A DNA stretch of 64,000 nt from Elsinoe ampelina (Eukaryota): the NCBI GenBank assembly GCA_010093995.1, contig ML992510.1:1-64000 (forward strand). The letters are read 5' to 3'. Each line of letters starts with the position of its first letter. Position 1 is the stretch's first letter. Of this stretch, positions 12,684 to 25,151 are shown piece after piece. The position numbers and the translations under genes are program-made. A model generated the notes under the pieces. It was not told the origin of the DNA. It ran no database searches and saw nothing but the letters and a program-made list of their open reading frames with translations.

Positions 12684-13211
12684 CTAAGCAGGAGGGAAGA
12701 CAGCAAAAGTAGGAGCGCTCTCTTTGACCCAACCGAGACGGTCCTTTCCGTACATCTCAATGGACGGACCGAAAGATTTGCGGCCGTCCTCGATCAGACC
12801 GGTGCGAACAATGATCTGATCCCCGCCCATGACCTCGGCGAGATGGTAGATGTGGGTGGTGCAGTTGGGGCAGTAGTAGCAGTGGACGTCCTTGCCTGGG
12901 ACGTGTCAATGACTGTAGTATGTGAGGGCATGGTGCATTATACCGGAGTCGCCCTTGTAGATGTACTCCTTGAGGGCATCGGCGCCCTTGGTCAACTTGA
13001 GAGCGGACTTGGGAGTGACAGAGTTGATGGTGTAGGCGCCGCCGGAGAGGATTTTGCAGGCGTCGCAGTGACTGTAGCCGTTTCAGTAAGCGTGGATGTA
13101 CTGTAGTGCGTGCCGGGTTGCTGACCAGAGAGCATGTTTGGCCTGCTCTGGACCCAGAGTAGCTTCGAAGGCGGTTTGGCCACAGTGGCATGCTCCGCTG
13201 TAGGTCGACAT
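12684..13211 (-). CDS. GFA/CENP-V (Mss4-like) zinc-binding protein, 3 exons
   Basis: Spliced product MSTYSGACHCGQ...HCDACK...Y..KGDSG..VHCYYCPNCTTHIYH...IEMYGKDRLGWV. Confidence 0.85.
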
Positions 13212-14385
13212 TGTCAGGACTTGGTAGTAGTGCTTGAGAAGGCTGAAGTTTGGAGGGGTATGAAAGATCGAGAGATGTGATTGTATGTGTCTGTAGCATG
13301 AGAGACGAACTGACGAGGCATTTATACTTGATACCATGGCCGCTTCTTCTTGCCAGTGCCACTCGACTTACTCGATTGATAGGCTGCTTCGGTTTTTGTC
13401 GACTATCACAGCGTTTCATGCACGCGAACGAGATTCTATTGGAAGTAATGAAGGTGCTGCCTCACAGCCAGCCTTCATTTGTGCCGAAGATCGTGGCCGG
13501 CACGGTATGTGCCTGGCGTGCACTGGAGATACACTTGAGAGCGACTGACGGCGGCTACTATCAGTGCTTCTGTCCGAATGCCACAGTCATTTGGGGAGTC
13601 GGGAACGCTCAATCAAAGATGGTGGCTTCAGGTAAAGCATCTCGACGCGCTCAAGCTGTCGTCGGACGCGTTCGGTTCATGCTTCCTTGCCGCAATAGAA
13701 AGCTTGATGGCAAGGATCAGCTCTGATTGGGACGTTTTGGCGAAGGACAGATGGGTATGGAGGGGTCATCTGCGTCACCTGTTGAGGAAGACTTGTGTCC
13801 GGATCGGTGACCGAGAAGTCGATGATCAGGGATAGCAGCAAGAGGTGAACAGACTGGGACAGCATGAATCTCCACGTGCAATGCTGAAATCGGCCCGGCT
13901 TGGGTCGTACGTCGCCGCGCCCTATGCTTTGTTACTGATCGAGATCCAGTCCTGGCGGTGTTCGTGTCGAATCAAAGTGCAATTTCCGGAAAAGCAAAAC
14001 AAGAGGGACAGATCTGACTGAGGTAGCGAGGATGCCCACTCTCGCTCAAGAACCCGCAGCGTAGACCTGCGTCTGCGGCCCGCTCGTGCGATGTCAGTGT
14101 TAGTGATAGAAGGAAAGTCGCAGGAGGAAGGACGAATGCTTATGTAAAAAGCCAGCGGTCTTCGTCCATCAGGGTACACACATCAGTCAAGATATTCGGC
14201 GGCATTACGAATCACCCATCGTCTGACTATTTGTTGGCATGTTCACTAAACGTCAATTCGTCCTTGGGGTATCATATTCTAAGACCGTAAACACCTCCCG
14301 AATGCCTTGTTGCTCTGACGCTGAACCCTCGACTTGTCAATCCATGCTCCCTTCCTCTGTTCTCCCCCCAGTCGAGCGGACAGTC

Positions 14386-15540
14386 CTATGCGGCCAACCA
14401 GATTGGAAAGTACTCGCAATTGCGGGCGTTCACGGGACCACCCTCCTCGCATAGATCAAAGACTGGACAACGACCACACGGCGCCTGCGTCAAGCCATTC
14501 TCTTCAAGCTCTTGGTCGTCTGTCGACAAGAGTCCATCCTGCAATCCGTTCTGCATCATCTTTGTGCCTCCCTTGATTCCCCGAATGGTTCGATAGCCAG
14601 AGCCGATGCGTTCTACCCTCTCATCCATGACCAGCATCTCCATGAAAGACTGGATGTCGTCAACCTGGAGATGATTCTTGATGAAGCCGCTATTGCTCAG
14701 CATTTCGAATATGTCCGATGCTGTGGGATAGCTCGGATGACCTGGCGGAAACGCGACCTGGACATCGATCCTGTCGTACTTCTTCTTTCTCTTGGCCAGA
14801 TCCTCAATATCACCTCCATCCGCATCCCTCTTTCTTTTGTGTGATGTCCCATTGATCCTTGTAGGAGATCCCGGCTCTTGCTTGATATGTGCTGGCTCAC
14901 CCAGTGGTGCCATCGGAGATACTGATCGCTGTCGTTCGACCTTTATTGTCTTGTGATCCCAACTCCTACTCTCGACGTATTTGATGATGACATTGGCTGA
15001 GATACCGATCATTTCCGAATCAAGCTCGCCATCCGAGTGCCATGGTCCTCCGACAACATCTTCGCCCGGCGCAAGGTGCGAAAGAATGTATGACTTCTGA
15101 GTTGGTGCTTTGATGTTCTTCACGGTTTTGACGAGGTCGAGGCTCTCGAGCTTCTTGAGGATCTTTGTGATGAGGTTTGGTGCCAGATTTGTCTTGAGCT
15201 TCAGGTAACGAGTCCATGCTCCACCAAGTCCTTGCATCTCGATGTGTGTGTACACCATGGATTCATCCTTGGTCAATTTGCGGAGCTTTTCGGCGACAAC
15301 CCTGGTTCGGAGAGCGAAGACCGTCTTACCTTCTAGACCCAAGAAGCGGACCAGATAGCTATTCGACAGGTTCTGCAAGAGGAGCATCAAAGTGTCTTTG
15401 TCGGGAGCAATGCCGGTATTCATCAACTCTTCCTGGGTAAAATTCTTGGCTTTGCCTTCGTCGCTCGCGTTGCTGGCAATGGTCATCTGCTCGTACAGAG
15501 CTTCGCTCTGCTCTTCGAGCTTGACCTCCGTCTTCACCAT
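14386..15540 (-). CDS. RPC34: RNA polymerase III subunit C34/RPC6
   Basis: Winged-helix region (G..GAW...LKLKTNL...LKKLES..LVK.VKN), GGPWHSDGELD, and C-terminal PCGRCPVFDLC...NC.YF Fe-S motif. Confidence 0.92.
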   Translation of the reverse strand: MVKTEVKLEEQSEALYEQMTIASNASDEGKAKNFTQEELMNTGIAPDKDTLMLLLQNLSNSYLVRFLGLEGKTVFALRTRVVAEKLRKLTKDESMVYTHIEMQGLGGAWTRYLKLKTNLAPNLITKILKKLESLDLVKTVKNIKAPTQKSYILSHLAPGEDVVGGPWHSDGELDSEMIGISANVIIKYVESRSWDHKTIKVERQRSVSPMAPLGEPAHIKQEPGSPTRINGTSHKRKRDADGGDIEDLAKRKKKYDRIDVQVAFPPGHPSYPTASDIFEMLSNSGFIKNHLQVDDIQSFMEMLVMDERVERIGSGYRTIRGIKGGTKMMQNGLQDGLLSTDDQELEENGLTQAPCGRCPVFDLCEEGGPVNARNCEYFPIWLAA

Positions 15541-16587
15541 CTTCGAATCCCATTCACAAACGTTCCTGGAGGGGTGTGAGAGAAAGGTGGTGCGGGGCTC
15601 AAATTTATTGAAGACTGCTGGTCAATGCGTGAAGTGGAGTCACCAAAGTGAAAAATCCGGTCCGACTTCTCCTTCACTTCTTCACCTCAAATCGTACATT
15701 CACTCGTGCCCGATGCCACACAGTGCATAGTAATTTGAAGTCCTCGGCACACGCCACAATAAAGAAACAATACAGTCTATGGCCTCGGACTCGGTAAGCA
15801 TGGCTGGCCGTAGACCAGCAAGGCTAGGTACAGCTTTTCACTATTGCGATCGTGTTTTGCATTTTGCTTTCTCATGTCCCCAGCAGCATGCTATTCAGCT
15901 TCTCGACTCGCGTTCCGCGACCCTCGTGCGAGCTCGTTCATTTGAGCGGGACAGCCATCCCAAGTCGCGTTTTGCGATGAGGCGGCTGTGAGCATATCAT
16001 GGCACTATCTTTCAGGGTAGATGCTGCAAGAAGATCTCAACCGTGCCTCATAGATCATACCGAGCCTCCATATCGGACATTTTGCTTAGTGTGACTCCTT
16101 GCGCACTGACATGACTGTTACTCACGCGTGCCCACCCACGTTTCTTGCAGGAGTTTGCGTCCCTTCTCCGTAACTCGAAGTGTGTGGCTTATTGCAATAG
16201 CTATTGCGACACGAGAAGCTGATACAGAGATCTGGTAGTTACAGGCGTGGCTAAGAACTACCAGAACTATCTGTCAGCCTGATTAGAGGCTCACAGATTC
16301 TGTGTTGACGGATTTATAGGTGTAGCAAGTCCATACTTAGCTGAGATAGTGTTCCACAGGACTCAAACTTTTGCAAGTGGAGAGGTATGCATCTCCTCCA
16401 AATCTGCTGTGTTCTTGTTGAATGCCTCGCAATTGCTCTTTTCACATTCGACACCTCAATCGATGCTCCCAACAACACTAGAGCAGCAATGACCAGCGCG
16501 TGGATCGAAGAGTTCCGGCTTGAAGTTGGACTTCCCACCCAAAGCGCTGTGTCGTGCCTTAACCGTTCGATATCCTTTAAACAAATT

Positions 16588-17351
16588 ATGCATATCGATC
16601 CTCGCTTTACCCCCGACGCACCTCGCCAATGTCTCAATCCGCACGCAAATTGTCCAGCAACACAGAGTCGCCGCTGGTGCCTTATACAACCTGGCTCTAT
16701 CCTCTCGGGCCCTACATGTGCGAGGCTTGCTACATATACCACATCAGACACAACCGCCATCGTCCACAGCGTCTGATTGACCTGGCCATTGCCCGACAAG
16801 TTATACGGAGCAAAGGATGCTGTTGGTGGTGTTGGACCATCTTCACCGGCTCACCAAACCAGATGCCACATTGAATTAGGAGTCTTGACGTCGACATTTG
16901 TACGGGATGTTACAGTCTCTGGAACAAACACAAAATTCTCGTGCCGGTCGTCAACATCCACATTCCAGAGAGTTTCTTCACCTGTGACAGGGAGAATTGC
17001 CGTTCTGCGGACGGAACTCTATCCAAGGGATGGTTCTTCGAGACAAAGAAGGAGCTAGCTGGCAAGTTGCAGTGTTTGCACTGTCACAAGATAATCACCA
17101 AGATGACCAAGACAGCCTACGGCAAAGCGAAGGAGCAACCCGCACGCCGTGTCAACATGCAAGACTGTATAGCCCAGACAAAGGCGTACCTGCAGTACTG
17201 TGTTGCTCAGGTTGACTACTGTCATGCTGGACAGGACCCGGAAGAACGCCATACGGTGATGAGAGAGTGGGCGGAGGATGCAACTGCCCGCCGGAAGGAT
17301 GAAGAGGAGGCCGGAATGAGGCATTACACCGATCGTATTCCTGCTTTATGA
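16588..17351 (+). pseudogene. Disrupted Cys-rich (GATA-like C4 finger) gene, paralogue of 25152-26597
   Basis: Needs one frameshift at about 16705 and read-through of an in-frame TGA at 16872-16874. The conceptual protein aligns motif by motif with ORF 25248-26597. Confidence 0.7.
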
Positions 17352-18369
17352 GGTCACCCTTGGCAAGCTGGCTGTCATTGCAAGGTACTTGCGCATGACC
17401 TTTGATGTGGAGAAAAGCGACAGCCTCTATGGTGGTGGATCGTGGAGAGGATATGACCTGACACACCGGCAAACACCCTGAAAGTTGGTGTAGTGCCCTC
17501 GCCTGCTGGACCTCTAAGCCATTCCTCGTGGAGGACTAGATGCCGTGCCTCAAGAAGAAGGATAACAGCCGGCCGATACTACCAGATGGAGCCTTATCTC
17601 GAGCGTTGCCGAGAACTGTCGCTGAACCTGTAGACATTGTACGTACAAGGAGCGTAACAAGGTCGACGAAGAGACCGAAGTAGACGATTTAGCTGGAATC
17701 TCCCATTAAGATTACACGCAAGAGCAAGAGATCCTCACTCTTAAACTTCTCGTTCCCGACAATGTACTGTGCTTCTTGCGTCACAGCCTCGCACGTAACC
17801 TAGATAAGGTACTCGGGATTGACGCGGAGCAGGAAGTTGGCGAATGTTGAGGTGATGAGGACGCTCAGTCAACCAGAGATGCCGTCACTCAAGATAGAAA
17901 GGCCCTCCGAGTACTTCCGGAGCTTGTAGACGAAGACAGATATACTCCATCGGAAACGAGCCTTGCGGAGCGAATGGGGAGTAAATCCAGTTCAATCAAA
18001 ACGTGCTGAACGTACCGTCTTCGATGACTTTGAGTATGAGACATGAGTTAGCATCTGTGGAACCAAAGCCTCTACCATGAGCAGACATGCGGCTACTGTA
18101 GATACCACTGTTCACAAGGAGATGTGGACCACGTGACCATAGCTTGACGACAGGCAGCTATAGCCGAAAACCTGCTTAGAAATAAGGTTTAGCGCGCCGT
18201 CAGAAAACGCAGACTTCCAGACCTCGACCTCACCTCACTCTCAGAATATTCGACAAGTTGATTCAGCAATTGCGACGCTCCTCTCTGCTCTGCGCTGCGA
18301 CTGCTGCTACTGACAACCGCAATAGTATCGTGATCAAGAGACTAACATCATCCAAGTTCACCAGACATC

Positions 18370-19969
18370 ATGACGAAGAAGCGCAAGGCCCAAAGCCTAG
18401 AAGACGTCCTCGCGCGCCCTTGGTGCTACTATTGCGAGCGCGACTTTGACGACAACAGGATCCTCATCGATCACCAGAAGGCCAAGCACTTGAAGTGTTC
18501 GCAATGTACTCGTCGTCTCAATACTGCCGGTGGTAAGTCTGCCAAGCTCTCATTTTGATTCCCTTCTCACAATTTCCAGGCTTGGCTGTCCATATGGACC
18601 AGGTCCACAAGACGACTCTGAACAGGATCGAAAACACTGCTCCTGGTCGCGAAAATCCCAACATCGAGATCTTCGGCACCGAGGGCATTCCCGATGATGT
18701 CAAACAGGCCTATATGGAGAGGAAGACTCAGGAATTTTATGCCAATGGTGGCAAGGTCTCTCACGTTCCATCCGAAGGCCAGCAACCCTCCAAGAAGGCA
18801 AAGAAGACGGAGACACCAGAGGAGATCAAACAGCGTCTTGCTGAATTCAGGGCAAAGAAGGCAATGAATGCTGCCGCCAAGAACGGAGCTACTGACGGAT
18901 CCGGTACCCCTACTGTAAGTGCTGTGTTAATCCTTCACACCTGATTTCATCCACTGACCCCCGACAGTCTCAATCTCAGACTTCCACGCCTCACAACGTC
19001 AACGCGGAGGGTCCTGTCCAATCACCTCTTGCCAACTTCGGTCCTAGCATGATTGGTGGTGGTGGATACCACGGGGTTCCCTACGCTGGATCTCCTCCCG
19101 CACTTCCAGGGCCATATGCACCAAACGTTCCTCCGCACATGCCATTCATGAATGGTCATCCGAACCCGCATCCTCTCCCTCTCTTTCCCGGCGATCACCA
19201 CTACTTCCCAAACCCGGCCATGTCTCCCCCAATGTCAGGCATGCCCCAGTATCTTGGTCCCGGACCTCAGCCGCACATTCAGCCTAACGGAGCTGTGTAC
19301 ACTCCCAACTGGCCAGCTGACCATTCGTCAAACAACAATGGCCGGGCCTGGGAAGCACATCGTCAGCCTGCCAAGGCGTTGCGCGACGGAAAGGATTCAG
19401 CGCCCCCTTCAACCAAGCACTCTGTGCCTCGCGGTGCGCCGCCTGCTTCCGTTCCGGGGCAAAACAGTCTCCCTCCAGCGCCAGGTCTTCCCGCACGTCC
19501 GTCTTTCGATGCCCCTCCGGTCAGTCGCTCTCAGATGCACGAACTCCACCAGGGTCACAAAGTCCAGGAGAATAAGGGAGTTCCGGAACCAACTTCAAAG
19601 ACTGGTATGACCGATGACCACCATGTTCAGCATCACATGACACATGCGAATGGCAACGGCATCAAGCACGAGCGCAAAGGATCCCCCGAGATGAAGAAAG
19701 AAGCTTTCCGAGAAGCTGCCCACTCGGTTGCGCCAGCGGCCAGGGCTTCTGAAGGGAATGCAAAGACAAACGACAGTAAGTCTGCCAAGATCAAGAAGAG
19801 ACTCAACCTTGTTGTCAAGGACCACGAAGTTTCACCAGAAGAGAAGATGTCACGTATGGCACGCTACTCTTTCAAACCACGCAAGCCAGATGGGTATCGT
19901 GGTCTTCTAGAAGGTGGTGTCGCCCTTCCTCATCGCGGTGGCGTCATGGCCGGCGGCAAATTCCAGTGA
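18370..19969 (+). CDS. C2H2 zinc-finger protein, BuGZ/ZNF207-like (3 exons)
   Basis: [54 protein letters not shown], Pro-rich middle, SPEEKM..MARY tail. Confidence 0.9.
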
Positions 19970-20645
19970 GTCCATCGACAAGCCGACAACCACGAGCCGA
20001 CCAGTAAAGACACTATATCAGTCAGGACGAAGATGGTCCAAGCTAAGTCTTTGCTTCTTCCTTTGTAAACAACATCAGCAGCCTCGAACGATACCCAGCA
20101 TTCACTTTCGGACGAGACTCCTCGTTCATGGCGCCGTCTAATCTGGATCTGCTATTCGTCTGCAGATCACATCACGAAAGTCACAAAGGATCGAGTCAAC
20201 TGGATCCGTAAGTGGACCAATGGTTTGTGGCTCTACTTCTCCCTTCACTGCAATCACACATGAGTACTTCTCACGAAGCGTCTTGCACTGTCGCAATGAC
20301 TGCTAGAATGATTGACTGCACAAGTGGAGGAATTTTTCAAGAGCTTGTACTCGTATCACAAAGCTGACCATTGAGATGGAGAGGAAAGGAGAGAACCAGC
20401 ACGGCAACGGCAGTGCGGCATGTACCAATACAGAGTCTCTCATCAATGGAATCAGCTTCAAACATATGCTCCCACTTGCTTATTTTGTGACCGCTGCCCC
20501 GTGCCTTGGTGCTTTGTGCGAAGCGCCGCTCTCACCTTTCTCAAAAAAAACGCCAAGACCAAGCTCCGCAATTTCGACCTCCCATCTCCCACCTCACCAT
20601 TCCCTCCATTGCATGCAATTGCCCTCCCAAGCACCCACAGCAACC

Positions 20646-21268
20646 ATGTCCGACGCAGAGATGGATATCGACGAGAAGCCTTCGCAGTCCAAAAAGGGTA
20701 CCGGCAACTCCTCCGATCCGCGCACAACGGCAGGCGCAGTAGCTGTTCGCAGCATCGAAGGCTGGATCATCCTGGCGACGAACGTGCATGAGGAGGCGGC
20801 CGAGGAAGATCTGCAGGACTTGTTTGGGGAATACGGGGAGGTTAAGAACTTGCATATGAATTTGGATAGGAGGACGGGGTTTGTAAAGGTGAGTTGTTCG
20901 AGGTGAGGCAGGAGGGGGTGGGGAGGCACCTGGAGGCTCGGTCACGAGAGACTAGATTGCGGGTCCCTTGCAACAGCAGAAGAAAGGGCACAGAGAGACT
21001 TATCAGACGACTTGAAGCTGACAGCTGCTAGGGTTATGCATTGATCGAGTACCCAACTCTCAGCGAGGCACAAGCTGCTGTGGAAGGCGCGAATGGAACG
21101 AAGCTCATGGACCAGACCATTGGAGTAGACTTTGCCTTTGTCAGACCGCCACCTGCACCTAAGGGAGGCAGACAAGGAGGTGGTGGAGGTAGGGGAGGGT
21201 TCAAAGGCAGAGCAAGGAGCAGGAGTCCTGGAGCGAAGGAGGATGGAGAGGAGAAGAATGGAGATTGA
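20646..21268 (+). CDS. RBM8A: Exon-junction complex RRM protein Y14/RBM8A (intron about 20889-21031)
   Basis: [22 protein letters not shown]...[21 protein letters not shown]...VDFAFV, RS-like tail. Confidence 0.93.
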
Positions 21269-21697
21269 AAGAATGACAAGGGGAATGATACCATGACAGC
21301 AATGGGGCCCTCAGATGATCACTAGCAAAGCCTTCGCAGGGAATGCGGTAGGGGGAGACATGAATTGACGCCGGCCAAAGTGCAGAGTACTAGGCCGGTG
21401 CGAATGAAGAAGGGCAAAAAGGTGAGCCACTTTCAGACAAGAGCATTGATCACAGGCAGCTGACTGCACATAGCTCCGCGAATCTGTCGTCCGTACACAT
21501 CGCGTCGATTGGATAGACCAAGAATGTGATCACGTGCCCACACCATCCGACATTTCCCACTCTTCAGAACCCGCACTACTGACCCACCTCATTCACTTCC
21601 ATCTCTCACAACCACAGCTACTCAGTACTTTCCGTCCAACTTCTCTCCACTCGCTGAAACAACTTCCGATAGACTGGATTCCTTGGGCTTTAAAAGA

Positions 21698-22050
21698 TGT
21701 CCGACCGCAAAATCAGATTGTCTTCCTACGACCACGAGTGACTGATCTTGCTAACTGCTCTGGCGCAAGCATCCGGCCGCACTCTCGAAGACCAGTCTCA
21801 TCACGAATGGAATAGAGCAGAGGACGTCAATACTGTGATTTGGATTCCCAGGCACGGCTGGCCTCCGATCTCTCACGACGACGAGGGCTACGAGATATGG
21901 GACACAAAGACTGTGCCACCTCTCACGTTTCATCTGGATTCTGCGGAAAAGCCTCCTATCGATGGCTGTACATACTTCCCTGGTATGAGAAAAGTGCCGC
22001 CATTCTTTGACCAGATGGTGAATGACAAAGGAGGTCGCACCATCATCGGC
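21698..22050 (+). pseudogene. Possible spliced gene fragment abutting the Helitron breakpoint
   Basis: GCTAAC...AAG acceptor-like signal near 21750-21768, followed by about 95 open codons (…VIWIPRHGWPPI…) that run into antisense Helitron sequence. No family recognised. Confidence 0.25.
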
Positions 22051-24348
22051 ACCGCTTGCGAATCGTCCATCATGGTACTTCACCAGAAGCTAAATGTAGT
22101 CTTGATACGACACCGTCATTTGGCGAGGTGTAAGGGGTCAGCCTGGGCGCGAGGGTAGAGTGTCGGAAACGCCAAACTTAGTAGCTTCTGAGTCTGGTTG
22201 AATTCTGATAGTGGTGTTGATCAAACGCAGGCATTCGCATATGGACTTCTTGGTTGGTAGCTGGCTGAGGCACCGATGCATCTAGTTCACGACGAATACG
22301 TGAGGCATTTGTCTCCTCAGCAAGGAGGTTGGGTACGGCTACTGTCACAGGCCCGGCGTGCGCGTCGAGATCGGTCTCGTCGGCGCCTTCAGCATACTGC
22401 GACGAAGGATTGCTTTAGTTCAGTACCGACCGTTGGTTGTGTACATCATTCGGACCAGTGGATGGCGCGACCTCCTGAGTCTGAATCTGATCCGCAATGT
22501 CACTGTCAGAAGGCAATTGTGCTAAGGCAACTTCGTCGATCACAACGTCGCGATGTCCAGGATGTTTTCCGAGCAGGAAGATAAGCCAGCTACGGACAGC
22601 TGCCCGTCTCAGTCCTTTGAATTGACGTTCTGTCTGATCTTGGCCAAGGTCCGCTGGCTTGATGATTACGATCTGGAGATCCTTCGGGAGCAGGGGTAGC
22701 TGGTCCCACACTTGACCAACATTCTGGAGGAAGATGATGATGTGGCCACGGTATTTCCATTGCTGTCCTCTAATCTGGTATAGCTCGATGTGGACATGGA
22801 CGCGAGCGATTAGCATTTCCTCAGCCTGGGTCAAGACTGGAAGTTCAGTTGGGATGTCGCCAGGATCCATGTCATTATCGGCGGAGAACAGAAGAGGCCC
22901 ATTGTCGTCGGGAATGCTAGTATCACGCCTTGTGCAGCGAGCACATATGCCAGTGACCACGTTCGGCCCCATGTCGAACCACCTCTCTTTGCAAGTCGTA
23001 CAGTACTCCATCTTCTCGTCTCCAAGGGCAGCTTGGAAATCTTGAATGTAGCCCCAGTCTCTGTCAGAGAGAGCAGGACGTGCTAGGGCGGTCTGATGAT
23101 CAGGTGACTGGACGTCAAACGGCGGGTCTGCAATATGTAGGCCACTCCTTTGTTCCGACACTCTACGTGCTCTTTCGCCAGGCCGCTGACAAGGGGATAC
23201 GGCTCGACCGAATACACCAGGATATGGTAAGCGACTGTCGGAGGACGGACGGCAAGCGTTGCAAGTGAGTCTATCTTCTTCGGATGTTTGAGGGTGTAAG
23301 AAGGCTTTCCGTTGTACTTCATGTCGACCGGTCATGCACCACTTTAGTTGGCCCGAGATCTCGAGGTGTTTATCTTCGCACCACTGGCAGCAAGGCTCTT
23401 CCGGGTCATCCACGTACAGTGCTCGACGGTCTCGTCTTCTTCTGACTTGACAGCGCGAGCACTCGAACCATGGCTGCTCGGTTGGGGACGCTGGGCTGCT
23501 TGGGAGACCAACCCCGGAAGCACGACGGCCAAATGGAGTTACCCTACGACCCCTGCTCGGACGACTGGTTTGAGGTGTTGTAGGCGAGCTACTCACATCC
23601 ATGTCATCAAGACTGCCAGTGTCGCTACTAACGCCTGGACTTGAGCCCACAGAATTGATCGTAGATCTGACAGATGACTGTTGTACATCTTGTTGAGGGG
23701 GTGGAGACTGTAGCTGTGGTGATGGAGCAGGAAGAACAGGCCTCGGTTGTGGATATTGGCTTGCCCTTCTGTCTGCTCTTTCAGCGCGAGCGTTGATATT
23801 GGCGTCTCGGCGTGCACCCGCTGCGCGAGGTGAATCTTGACTGTCTAGCCCCCGCCTGAGATAGGATGGTCCAGGCTCTGGTCATCTTCTGCTGGACTGC
23901 TCTGCGGATCATCTGGAGTGCGCGATGTGGCCAGAGGATGCGCCGCAGGTCGCAGTGGTGGAGGAGCTCGCTGGCTCGATGGCGATGGGAGCTGTACAAA
24001 GGAGGCTCGTTTGCTGGACTGCGGTGCGGTGAAGTTACCGTACGGATATGTTGATGGGGTAATGCGTTTGGGAGTCGCTTCTGCATGGTTGTCTGCGATT
24101 GGATCCTCATTTGGCGATAGTCGACGACACTTCCGACATTGCTTGCCTTGACGGGTGGGATTTCGACTATCAGCGAACTCGTACCATCTGAAAATACGGC
24201 GACAGTTAGTGCAACGTTTGACACTGTCAATCGCTGTCAATTCGGCCTTTGGTGCCATTGGTGGTAGTCCTGGATGTCCTCTGTCTGGGTCTCCCCCGGA
24301 AGGCGCACCGATGGCAGCTATTTGGCCCTGGATTTCTGCCATTTCCAA
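22050..24348 (-). mobile_element. Degenerate, 3'-truncated Helitron-like element (N-terminal Zn fingers, DUF6570-type region, start of Rep/helicase-like N domain)
   Basis: C..CKERWF...C.RC, FSADNDMDPG..P.ELPVLTQAEEMLIARVH..Y.GH...F.Q. Across frameshifts: PLSEFN...LLSLAFPTLYPR..AD...PR...VSY.DYI*LLVKYHDGRFA. Several frameshifts and stops; no HUH or PIF1 motifs remain. Confidence 0.85.
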
Positions 24349-24909
24349 AGCAAAGTTTTGACGTCACGAATCGACGACGTGGCGCAGCTTTGAAGATAGC
24401 GCAAGGACTTGCAGCTGTCGGATTCTTGGAAGACCTCCGCACGTGCGCATGGCACCGGTCGATATAGCATCACTCACTCCTCGAGCTCGCTTCATGCAAA
24501 CGCTCTGAAGGCATTATACTTCTTAGAAGAGCGTCTCATGGCCCTATTACACCCTTTCAGCTTCGATTCTGAGCAATTACGGCCATTTAGTGGTATTGAA
24601 GCGCTGTCTTTATTTTGGTGGTGATGGCTAACTGATTCGCCACCTGCGCAGCGCGCCAAGCAGACCGACAACCTGAAAACCTCAGTATACTTTATTTCAT
24701 AAATCGGACGCTTCTGCTTGACTGAATTCTGCTGGACCGACTTGGTCCCCGGCGTCCTCAGTGTTCGGTTGCACTAGCCTCTTATGTAACGTCGTCAAGG
24801 GACCGCCTGATTCACGAGGTAAGTCAAGCACGGTAAGGTATACTGTACCAAGATTTTTCGGTTGTCAGTCACACCTCAGAAAGACAAGACTTGTATGACT
24901 ACCCAGCAT

Positions 24910-25080
24910 CTGGTAGGAATACTGGTGCAAATACTACCAAGTCTCAGTGGCAAGTCTCAGGTCTGCTGTTTGTGCTTAGATACTACTCCCTCACTATGAG
25001 TCCTACCAGAACTGACGATCACATCTTGAAGTCGGTCATTTCTGGTAGTAACTCTACCATAAGTCCTACCACAACTGACA
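24910..25080. repeat. Cluster of CTACCA(G) motifs in both orientations
   Basis: CTGGTAG 24910, CTACCAA 24934, CTACCAG 25003, CTGGTAG 25042, CTACCAT 25054, CTACCAC 25066. Includes the imperfect direct repeat AGTCCTACCA(G/C)AACTGAC twice. Confidence 0.6.
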
Positions 25081-25151
25081 TTTCTTAGTATGGGTGTATG
25101 TACGTTCCAAATGTGACGGATACGGTAACCTAAAAACCATGGCGGGGATGA

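Noticed and set aside
13250..14180. Short ORFs and an intron-like GTATGT...CTGAC...CAG (about 13505-13564)
   Set aside because: No coherent gene model or family could be built; may be GFA promoter DNA.
16872..16874. In-frame TGA as programmed read-through or selenocysteine
   Set aside because: The same locus also needs a frameshift and Dikarya lack Sec machinery; pseudogene decay is simpler.
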